Below are positions 9,784-17,322 of a stretch of 28,657 nt of DNA, in pieces (position 1 is the first letter of the stretch; each line of letters begins with the position of its first letter). The position numbers and the translations under genes were made by a program. A model generated the notes under the pieces. That model searched no databases. It saw only the letters and a program-made list of their open reading frames with translations, and had not been told where the DNA came from. The DNA comes from Candidatus Woesearchaeota archaeon (lineage in GTDB: Archaea > Nanobdellota > Nanobdellia > Woesearchaeales > ARS49), in contig JAHFOI010000013.1 of the NCBI GenBank assembly GCA_023266895.1, positions 1-28,657 on the forward strand. The letters are read 5' to 3'.

Positions 9784-11000
9784 ATCAGCACGCACACTAA
9801 GAGCTTTTGAAGCCTAAAACGTTTTTTATTCTGGCATTATGGAAGAAAGAAGTCTTTCTCTCACTTTTTGTTTATCTTTTGTAAAAAGTTCAACAATTAA
9901 GCACAAAAATAACGCTCGCAACATGGTGCCTAACACTTTTTCAACCCAAATCTGTGATTTTTTCATCCAGCACCCACCCCAAACCAGCCAACTCAAAAAA
10001 AAAGAACTCAGTGTAAAATTTTTCTTAAAAAAAACACTCACTTTTGCAGAACAACAAACTGCGCAAAGAGACAACACGCAGCACCCATCACCACCACTAC
10101 CACCACCCACACAAAAACACACCAAAAAAGTTCTACACCCACAACAAACAGAACAATCTGCCAAAATACCCTAATTTATGAGCAAGCCCGCAGATCTCAA
10201 AAACACCTCACAAAGCAAGACAGAACAAGCACTCACTTTTTACTCACACAACACCAAAAGCCCACCCAAAAAAAAGATTGCAAACCATTGAAAATAAACT
10301 CAAAAAGAACTAATAAAAAACATCCATCCCAAAGCTACCATCACGAAAATGAGCTGACAAAATAATTATGCTAAAAGAACTGTAAGCAAATATCTCTTGC
10401 AAAATAAGCACTACAGAAAATAGCCCCAAAAAAAATCCACAAAACATAAACCGTCAAAAATTCCGACGTAAAAACAAAAACATAACCCCAAAAAATTAAT
10501 TTTGCCAACAAAGTAAGAATATAAAAATTAACAAAAAAAAGCTCAAAAGCACAACAAACAACAATAAAATAATAAGTATATGATATATCTTTTTTAAAGG
10601 TCAAGAATCATGCAGAGATTATGCCAGAACAAACATTTCTGCAAAAAACTAAGTCTTCTGGCACAACTCCGGCCAAGTCGGAATAAAAAGAGAATTAGTT
10701 AAAAAATCCCGACAAAACAGGTGAAGCCCCTTTTTGGACAGTACCCAGGTTCCACACCAAAACAACTCCTTTGCTGCAAAAACTAGAGAGAACAAGAACA
10801 ATGTCAGGATTTTCTCAGAAATCAGTAGTGTTTACGGCCATTTCGGAATTTGTTCAAGTTTTTGCCAAGGTTTTAGTCAAGCCACAAAAAAAGTCTTGTG
10901 CAACAGCTCCTAATGCAAAAATCACTTGTTTTCTGCTTTTTTTGACGACTGATGTCGGAATTTTAAAAACATTTTTATACCAGTTCTTGTTTGCAAAAGT

Positions 11001-11516
11001 ATGAAAGTGCAACTTGAGCATAAAGAGCCTGGTGATAATGCAACAGCTGATGAACTTGCAAAAGTGTTAATCACGCGATTTGGTTTAGCTCCAAGAAAAA
11101 GTGATGCGAGTGCACAATTTCATCGCTTGCTTCTTGAACTTTCTGAACGTAAAAAGTCTGCAAATCGTGACAAACGTCCTGAAGTTGCCGTCATGCCTGT
11201 TGAAGTAATGGGTTCTTTTGCTGGCATTCGTCGACAAACAATGTATGACTATTTGCATCGCTGGCTTGACTTGCAGATTTTGAAAAAAACAAGTTTTGTT
11301 GCATCAGGCAAAGTGATTATTGGATACGAACTCAATGGTCAAAATATTGAAGGTGCATTTCGCAAAGCTGAAACATGCATTAAGAATCATTTAGATGCTA
11401 GTTTTAAGCTTGTGGAACAGCTTCAGTCAGAGGTAAAAAAGGAAAAGCTTAGGGCTGGAACTCCTGATGAGTCTGAAACCCCTGAATCCACTGTGTCAAC
11501 TGGCAGTCTGCCTTGA
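11001..11516 (+). CDS. Putative winged-helix-type DNA-binding protein, archaeal conserved hypothetical
   Basis: 171 aa with VEVMGSFAGIRRQTMYDYLHRWLDLQILKKTSFVASGKVIIGYELNG (wHTH-like) and a polar tail. TTTTTATA ends about 21 nt before the ATG. Confidence 0.7.
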   Translation: MKVQLEHKEPGDNATADELAKVLITRFGLAPRKSDASAQFHRLLLELSERKKSANRDKRPEVAVMPVEVMGSFAGIRRQTMYDYLHRWLDLQILKKTSFVASGKVIIGYELNGQNIEGAFRKAETCIKNHLDASFKLVEQLQSEVKKEKLRAGTPDESETPESTVSTGSLP

Positions 11517-12018
11517 TCACATTGTGTTTTGCTTGTTGTTCGCGAAATTCTGGACTAAGTTGAGCATATGCTCGCGTGCTATCATATTTTTTAAGAACAG
11601 GCACGTGTTTTGTGACAAGTGCTGCAAGGGTTGCTGCAAGCACCTCTCTGCTAAGCCCGCATTTTGTCGCAATTTCTTCACAGCTCACCCAAGGCCTGGT
11701 TTTTCCTAGCAAAAAAAGTGTTTGGCACACGGTTTTTTCTCGACGAGTAAGCACACCAATAACTGGTGTTGATTGATTGAGTGTAAGGGCAAGCCGTTCA
11801 ACAAGATGCTGCACATTATCAAGCTTAGCTTCAAGAGCATTGAGAAATTCAAAAACTGTTTCTATTTCAGTAGTGTTTTCATTAATCGTTTGTCTGTGGT
11901 CATCAAGCTCTTCACGCATGCCATCAAACACCTGCTTTATGATGCTACTTTCTGAAATACTAAGTAGTTGCTGTTCTGTAATGCGTACCACCCCTTGAGT
12001 GTCGTGCATGGGTTTCAT
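11449..12018 (-). CDS. Coiled-coil plus C-terminal winged-helix protein
   Basis: 189 aa. N-terminal helical/coiled region, then LTRREKTVCQTLFLLGKTRPWVSCEEIATKCGLSREVLAATLAALVTKHVPVLKKY (wHTH-like). Confidence 0.65.
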   Translation of the reverse strand: MKPMHDTQGVVRITEQQLLSISESSIIKQVFDGMREELDDHRQTINENTTEIETVFEFLNALEAKLDNVQHLVERLALTLNQSTPVIGVLTRREKTVCQTLFLLGKTRPWVSCEEIATKCGLSREVLAATLAALVTKHVPVLKKYDSTRAYAQLSPEFREQQAKHNVIKADCQLTQWIQGFQTHQEFQP

Positions 12019-12144
12019 AGTGTTACCTCATGACAACAACCAAAATTTGGGCAACAGTGCTTGCTTATATTCTTTTCGGTTCACATTTTTTTATCGACGA
12101 AAAAAAGTGCCAGAACACCTACACCCCCCCAAAAAAAAAAGTCT

Positions 12145-12903
12145 TCACGGATGCTTGCGTGTCTGCAGGTACACCTTATTTTTTCCTTCAGCAAGTACCG
12201 TGAGTGATTCGTCATGTTCTAATTCTTCTAAGAGCCTGTAAAAACTGCTTTTTGAGCACAATCCTTGTTCATCAACAATGGTTTCTCTGAGTTGTTGTCC
12301 TGATATTTTTCCGTATTTTTGAATTAAGCTAAGCAGTAATCCTTTAACATATTCTTTGCTGTTTTGCGTGAGTTTTTTCAGTACTTTTTCCTTAAATCTG
12401 CTCACTTGTGAAGTTCGTGTTCCTGGTTCAAATTGAGGCATAACAGAAGCTGTAACATGAGCCATGCTTTCTTGATGAACAAGATGCTGATTATGAATCT
12501 GTTCATCATGAATGCGTTCTTCATGCATGCGTTCTATTTGTGTGCGGATTGTGCGCAATTGCTGAGGTAAATCTTGTAGTTTAACATCAATTTGTTCTAC
12601 TTTTGCGCGTTGGAATTCTAAAAGACTTACTTTTTGTTCAATAAGTCGTATTCTTTCGTTCATCCCTTCATAATCATACAAGCCGTCAATAAGTAGTTTC
12701 ACATCATTGCGTGTTTTTGGCACTTGCTCAATTTGACGTCGGAGTTCTTCAATAATTCGCCCTTGCTCTTGACGTTGCTGGTCCAGATACATCACCCATT
12801 GCCCAAGTGTTACTATATCGCTTTTTACTCTGTCAAAACTCTGTGTTGCATTGCGATCAAACAGCTCCAATCGTGCATCAATTTCTTTCTGAAAAAACCA
12901 CAT
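12145..12903 (-). CDS. Long coiled-coil plus C-terminal winged-helix protein
   Basis: 252 aa. Heptad-like region DVKLLIDGLYDYEGMNERIRLIEQKVSLLEFQRAKVEQIDVKLQ..., then VKGLLLSLIQKYGKISGQQLRETIVDEQGLCSKSSFYRLLEELEHDESLTVL. TATA-like TATTTAAG (plus-strand view, 12926-12933) lies 22 nt upstream of the ATG. Confidence 0.7.
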   Translation of the reverse strand: MWFFQKEIDARLELFDRNATQSFDRVKSDIVTLGQWVMYLDQQRQEQGRIIEELRRQIEQVPKTRNDVKLLIDGLYDYEGMNERIRLIEQKVSLLEFQRAKVEQIDVKLQDLPQQLRTIRTQIERMHEERIHDEQIHNQHLVHQESMAHVTASVMPQFEPGTRTSQVSRFKEKVLKKLTQNSKEYVKGLLLSLIQKYGKISGQQLRETIVDEQGLCSKSSFYRLLEELEHDESLTVLAEGKNKVYLQTRKHP

Positions 12904-12951
12904 CTTTGCCAGAAAATATTCAGTCTATTTAAGCTTTTTGTCATTCCCAAA

Positions 12952-13087
12952 CTCATTCCCAGGACAGTCCCAAGACCATCCCAGGACTATTTTGGGACTA
13001 TCTGGGACTGACTTTAAGACGACAAATCTCATTCCCAGAGACTATAATGGGACTGAACTGGGACTGTCCCAGGACAGCTCTGGGACT
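12952..13087. repeat. Iteron-like array of TGGGACT motifs with opposing AGTCCCA/CCCAGG motifs
   Basis: TGGGACT on the + strand at 12993, 13003, 13048, 13059 and 13081; inverted AGTCCCA at 12966. CTCATTCCCAG occurs at 12952 and 13029. TGGGACTGTCC at 13059-13069 is the inverse of GGACAGTCCCA at 12962-12972. Confidence 0.8.
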
Positions 13088-13143
13088 AACCGAATTTCTT
13101 GCAAAAAATGCGCAAAACTGTCAAAAAACAAACAAGCCCACCC

Positions 13144-13180
<37 letters not shown>

Positions 13181-13521
13181 CAAAACAGCTAACCAAATCA
13201 TTTATAAACAAGAACTACTTTCAAAAGCCGGGGAAATAAGGGTAAGAGCAGTTAAATAAATTACACAAAAACCAAAAACTGTCAAAGCAACTAAATTTAA
13301 CTGCAATACGCCAAGCAATGATCAATCAGCACCAGGCTTATTCAAGGAACGTAGCCTGCAATTCCCGTAGCAACCAATGCCCAACAAACCCTAAAAAAAC
13401 AAGCTTTAAATCAGCCACACTATCAAAAGTGAGAGTTCACACTACAAAAAACACCAAAAACAAAGTCTCAAAATAGTGCCTAACCACTTTTTAGAGTAAT
13501 ACAAAGAAAGATTTGGTCAAA

Positions 13522-14187
13522 ATGCCAGAAAAAAAACTTAATCAAACCGCAAATCACGCAATTGTTTGTTCTAAAGGCCAGCTCGCAGTGATTTTATCAC
13601 AAATCAAAGGGTTTGCTGAAGCAAAAGTGAGTCTTGAACAATATCAAACAGATTCTGAGACTGCTGCAACAGTGCTTTGGCACGCAAACATGATATGCGA
13701 TTTAGCAAACAAAAAAATCATTGACCTTGGTTCGGGTACAGGAATCTTAGGGTTAGGCACCATGTTATTAGGTTGTTCTGAAGTAACTTTTGTGGAAAAA
13801 GACGAAAATGCATTAAAACTGTGCAAAATCAATGCCAAAAACCTCAAAAGTGAGTTCTCAGATGATTTTCTGGTATCATTCCAGAATAAAGATGTTTCCG
13901 AAGTTCTAGGTTCTTTTGATGTTGTTGTCATGAATCCTCCTTTTGGCACACACGAAGCTCATGCTGACAGAGTTTTTTTGCAAAAAGCATGTTCTCTTGC
14001 ACCAATCATTTATTCATTTCATAAGGCAGCAACTTTCGCATTTGTTCAAGCTTTTGCCAAAGATAATGGTTTTGCAATTACGCACAATTGGCAATTTGAT
14101 TTTCCTCTTAAACAAACCATGAAATTTCATACAAAAAAAATCCAACGAATTACAGTTGTGTGCGTGAGATTAGAAAGAAAACAATGA
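13522..14187 (+). CDS. METTL5-like class I SAM-dependent methyltransferase (putative rRNA N6-adenine)
   Basis: LEQYQTDSETAATVLWHA, KKIIDLGSGTGILGLGTMLLG (SAM motif I), FVEKDENAL, DVVVMNPPFGTHEAHADRVFLQKA (NPPF). Start ATG 13522; the track start at 13513 is a TTG. Confidence 0.88.
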   Translation: MPEKKLNQTANHAIVCSKGQLAVILSQIKGFAEAKVSLEQYQTDSETAATVLWHANMICDLANKKIIDLGSGTGILGLGTMLLGCSEVTFVEKDENALKLCKINAKNLKSEFSDDFLVSFQNKDVSEVLGSFDVVVMNPPFGTHEAHADRVFLQKACSLAPIIYSFHKAATFAFVQAFAKDNGFAITHNWQFDFPLKQTMKFHTKKIQRITVVCVRLERKQ

Positions 14188-14250
14188 TGCATTGCAAAAG
14201 AGTAGTTTTCTCCCAAAACCTTTTTAAACCACCTCTTGCTTTTTCTCATC

Positions 14251-14532
14251 ATGGCTATGGAAATGAAGGTTCTTGAGGATAAAAAGGCGCGTATGATGTT
14301 TCAGATTGTGGGAGAAAATCATCTTCTTGCGAACGTGTTAAAAGATGAGCTTCAGCACGATGATCATGTGAAGGTTGTTGGCTATCATGTGGAGCATCCT
14401 TTGATTGGTAAGCCCAGATTCATTCTTGAAACTGATGGTGCTGACACGTGGAAGACTGTTTCTGCTGCAGTCAAACGTCTTTCTAAGACTGCTGATAAGC
14501 TTAAGGATGAGTTTAAAGAAATAAAATATTAA
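14251..14532 (+). CDS. rpoL: DNA-directed RNA polymerase subunit L (Rpo11)
   Basis: MAMEMKVLEDKKARMMFQIVGENHLLANVLKDELQ...VGYHVEHPLIGKPRFILETDG. TTTTTAAA at 14221, ATG at 14251. Confidence 0.93.
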   Translation: MAMEMKVLEDKKARMMFQIVGENHLLANVLKDELQHDDHVKVVGYHVEHPLIGKPRFILETDGADTWKTVSAAVKRLSKTADKLKDEFKEIKY

Positions 14533-14574
14533 GTAACATTTTCTCCAGCCCATCACGAAAAATAGATTGCAATT

Positions 14575-15084
14575 TCACTCAGCAGGTCGTGGTCCAAGTT
14601 CTTTAACTGCTACATCTACCAATTGAACAAATACCTCATCTGACACTTGTATGCCTGCTTTTATGAGTGCAAACGCAAGTGCTTTGCCATTAACTTCTTC
14701 AGGAATGTCTGCATCAACAGGCTGAAATCCCAGTAAGTTTTTGAGTGTAACATCGCACAAGTGTCCGTTGTTTAATGCAAGTACTGCAGGTTTGTCTCCA
14801 ATCATGCAGGTGTGCTGTTCAATATTGCAACGCACTGAATTAAGCGTGTGTACGTGTTCTTCTTTGGAAAATCCATGCTGTTGTAGTTCTCGTGATACAA
14901 GGGTTTTGAGGCATGTTGCGAGGCTACCTGTGAGTTCTGGCGCGTCAAGTGTGTGTATTTTTGTTGAGGTAACAAGTCTTCCTAAATATTTGTGTACTTT
15001 TTGTCGTGGTCCTTGTGCAGTCCACTCATTTCTCACAAGATATGCATATCTTGCGTTTTTTATTGTTTTCACGCGAATAAACAT
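14575..15084 (-). CDS. Conserved hypothetical protein
   Basis: MFIRVKTIKNARYAYLVRNEWTAQGPRQKVHKYLGRLVTST... ATG 15084 is preferred over the TTG at 15105. The N-terminus vaguely resembles the start of some IS1634/IS4-type transposases, but no DDE catalytic region is visible. Confidence 0.65.
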   Translation of the reverse strand: MFIRVKTIKNARYAYLVRNEWTAQGPRQKVHKYLGRLVTSTKIHTLDAPELTGSLATCLKTLVSRELQQHGFSKEEHVHTLNSVRCNIEQHTCMIGDKPAVLALNNGHLCDVTLKNLLGFQPVDADIPEEVNGKALAFALIKAGIQVSDEVFVQLVDVAVKELGPRPAE

Positions 15085-15146
15085 GCTAGTGCCTAAAAGT
15101 CGCAATAGATAAATCTATTGTTCAATATCAGCGTATTACTGCTCTG

Positions 15147-16382
15147 CTACTTGAGTCGTATCACTGTGCCTGTTTGTTCTTGAATAAGCTGGAAAATTGC
15201 AGTGTAATCTGGTGTATTTGTGTCTTGTTTTTTTTGAAGGTCTGCAAGTTCTAATTGTTTTTTCTTCATGATTTCGTGGACTGCTTCTGTTTCTTTTCGC
15301 AACATGTTGAGTTCTTGTGAGGTTTTGTGTGAAATGAGTGCTTGTGCGAGGCGTACTTCATCGCGCTTGAGTTTAGCATAGGTTGTGATGAGCTTTTGTA
15401 AGAAAGGCTTGTTTAGGTTTGCGATTGCATTGATGGTGCGTGTTTTTTTATCTTGTTTGAGCTCAAGTGTATCGTTCCAGGCATTTTTTTGGAGTTCTAC
15501 AAGCACTTCTGTAATTTTGAGGTGTACGTCTTGGCTAAGTGCATCTGAGGGGCTAGCAAGGTATTGTTCTATAACATGTGCGTGCAGTGGTGCAAGTTTT
15601 GCATATTTTCGTAAACCTGCTTCTAGTGGTGCAACCATGTTACGTAACTTGTCCTCTAATTGTTTGACTGTCTGCTGTGTGGTAATAAGTTCTTGTTCAA
15701 GCATAATTCTTGCTGAGTCTTTTGCAATGCGTTGTTGTTCCTGTGTAAGTCTTGTTTGTTCAGAGGCATAGGTTTGCAATGAAGCGTGTAAGGCAGCTAT
15801 GTTCTGTTGTATTTCTTTGCAAAAATTTTCCTTATCAATGCATTGCGTAAACGAATGATGTGCTGTTACATAAACTGCATGTTTGCTTTCTTCAAGTTCT
15901 TTTCTGAGCTGATTTGTGAGTTGTTCAATGCGTCGTAGACTTTCTAAAACTGCGTTTTTTTCACGTGCGTGAAATTCTTGAAGCACTGCGCTTTGGCGTG
16001 AGGTGTTTTCAAGAAAAACTTGTGTTGCCAGTTCATACACCTCAAACCATGAAGCTAATTCATTAACTTGGTCAGGTAGTCTAAACTGGTCAAGGTAATT
16101 TGTCACGTTTTTTATGAATGCTTCTTTATTTCCTGATGCTATGCTTTTGTGCTGTTCAGGAATTGCCTGATTCGTGAGTTCTGCATTTTGAAGGTTGTTA
16201 AGTGCGTGTGTTGTTTCCGCAATCCAATGCTGTGCTTCAATTGCTTTTTTTTGGAGTTGTTCTGCAAGTTGTTTTGTTGCAGCACCATGCTGTTTTGTTA
16301 TCCACCTGCCAAGCTGTTCTGATGTAAGTGTTAATTCTGGTGTTGATTGTTTGCCAAAGATTTTTTTCAAAAATTGCCGCAT
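15147..16382 (-). CDS. Coiled-coil hypothetical protein
   Basis: 411 aa, Gln/Lys/Leu/Glu-rich heptad-like sequence through most of its length. Confidence 0.75.
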   Translation of the reverse strand: MRQFLKKIFGKQSTPELTLTSEQLGRWITKQHGAATKQLAEQLQKKAIEAQHWIAETTHALNNLQNAELTNQAIPEQHKSIASGNKEAFIKNVTNYLDQFRLPDQVNELASWFEVYELATQVFLENTSRQSAVLQEFHAREKNAVLESLRRIEQLTNQLRKELEESKHAVYVTAHHSFTQCIDKENFCKEIQQNIAALHASLQTYASEQTRLTQEQQRIAKDSARIMLEQELITTQQTVKQLEDKLRNMVAPLEAGLRKYAKLAPLHAHVIEQYLASPSDALSQDVHLKITEVLVELQKNAWNDTLELKQDKKTRTINAIANLNKPFLQKLITTYAKLKRDEVRLAQALISHKTSQELNMLRKETEAVHEIMKKKQLELADLQKKQDTNTPDYTAIFQLIQEQTGTVIRLK

Positions 16383-16408
16383 AAGAAGTGTAGCAGCATA
16401 GTATTTTA

Positions 16409-16759
16409 TTAGGCTTGTGTTCTTATGAGCAGGGATGACTTGGTTGCTTTTTCTTTTCGTTTCTTTTGTTGTTGCTTTTTATATGAAAATCGTGTGCACG
16501 CACCACAAGTGAAGCAAGTATACACCACCATGCCTTCATGAGTTCTGACTCGGTAGGTTTTTCCTGGAACAAAATGTGCGTAACAATGATTGCAATACTG
16601 CCGTTTGAGTTCTTTTGGCAGTTTTAATCTGTGCTTCATTGCAAGGGTTCTGGCTTTGGCAACAAGTCGTGCTGAGGTTGCGTGATCTTCACGTGCGGCC
16701 TGCGCAAAATAGTTTGCGATCTGATGTTTAGCTTCAGGTGCGGTGTGCTGTTTCTTCAT
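16409..16759 (-). CDS. rnp4: Ribonuclease P protein component 4 (Rpp21/Rpr2 family)
   Basis: ARTLAMKHRLKLPKELKRQYCNHCYAHFVPGKTYRVRTHEGMVVYTCFTCGACTRFSYKK: CxxC...CxxC zinc ribbon and typical KLP..LKR.YCKHC pattern. Confidence 0.88.
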   Translation of the reverse strand: MKKQHTAPEAKHQIANYFAQAAREDHATSARLVAKARTLAMKHRLKLPKELKRQYCNHCYAHFVPGKTYRVRTHEGMVVYTCFTCGACTRFSYKKQQQKKRKEKATKSSLLIRTQA

Positions 16760-16861
16760 ACTGCAAAGAGTGATATGCTTGCTCTTATGCTTTGCGGAAG
16801 TATGATGCTACTTTAGCAAACATAACAAATACTAATCATTCAGGAGTTCAAAAAAAGTGTT

Positions 16862-17074
16862 TCAGCACTCTCGATTTTTACCATGCTTTACATTAGAATA
16901 TCTTTTTTCATAAGAAGTAAGATTTTTTTCCACAAACCTACAGAGAATGCGATCAAGTGCTTCTTCAGGACTTTTTCCATAAAAACCAGTTTTTACTAGA
17001 TAACTTAGAAAATAGTTGCTATAAGGAGAAAGTTTAATTTCCTGCATTCTTGTTTGAATAGGAATATCTTGCAA
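16862..17074 (-). CDS. Short hypothetical ORF; possible remnant of a longer gene
   Basis: IKLSPYSNYFLSYLVKTGFYGKSPEEALDRILCRFVEKN looks protein-like, but the track start is a TTG and the open frame continues upstream to about 17.23 kb with no ATG. Confidence 0.35.
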   Translation of the reverse strand: MQDIPIQTRMQEIKLSPYSNYFLSYLVKTGFYGKSPEEALDRILCRFVEKNLTSYEKRYSNVKHGKNREC

Positions 17075-17322
17075 GAGATCTTCTTCAGCCCAGGGATCAG
17101 ACTCAAGTGTTTGCTGAGTTAGAATAAAACGTACTATGTCAGTAGTATTTATGAAAAAACCTCTATCACAAAGTAAGACTATGTTTTTTTTGGAACTGCT
17201 GGAGCAAAGAAACGAGTCACAACCTTAAAGAGAGTGTGTTTTTTATAATTCTTTCAGTATAGACATTTCCAAGACTTCATAGATAGTTTTATAAATTCAA
17301 GGGCTGATTTTTTTATGAGCTC

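Noticed and set aside
9826-10174. Overlapping 112-aa (-) and 111-aa (+) ORFs
   Set aside because: Low complexity, G-poor DNA; the Pro/Thr/His/Gln runs and the opposite-strand Cys/Gly/Val runs both look like compositional artefacts.
10371-10604. 77-aa minus-strand or plus-strand hydrophobic ORF calls
   Set aside because: Phe/Tyr-rich translation of A/T-rich non-coding sequence; no promoter or family signature.
10600-10760. Possible SRP or RNase P RNA (ggtgaagcccc, hairpin GCCAGAA/TTCTGGC)
   Set aside because: The conserved SRP helix 8 and RNase P CR-I/CR-V sequences could not be found. An Infernal search would be needed.
10771-11004. 77-aa ORF just upstream of the 171-aa regulator
   Set aside because: Starts at a non-ATG codon, has no promoter at the expected spacing, and covers the promoter of the next gene. 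Considered only as a possible decayed duplicate.
12145-12903. Calling the 252-aa protein ParB/SegB or a ScpA-like kleisin
   Set aside because: No ParB-specific motif or kleisin N/C signature is visible. Only the coiled-coil plus wHTH layout is supported.
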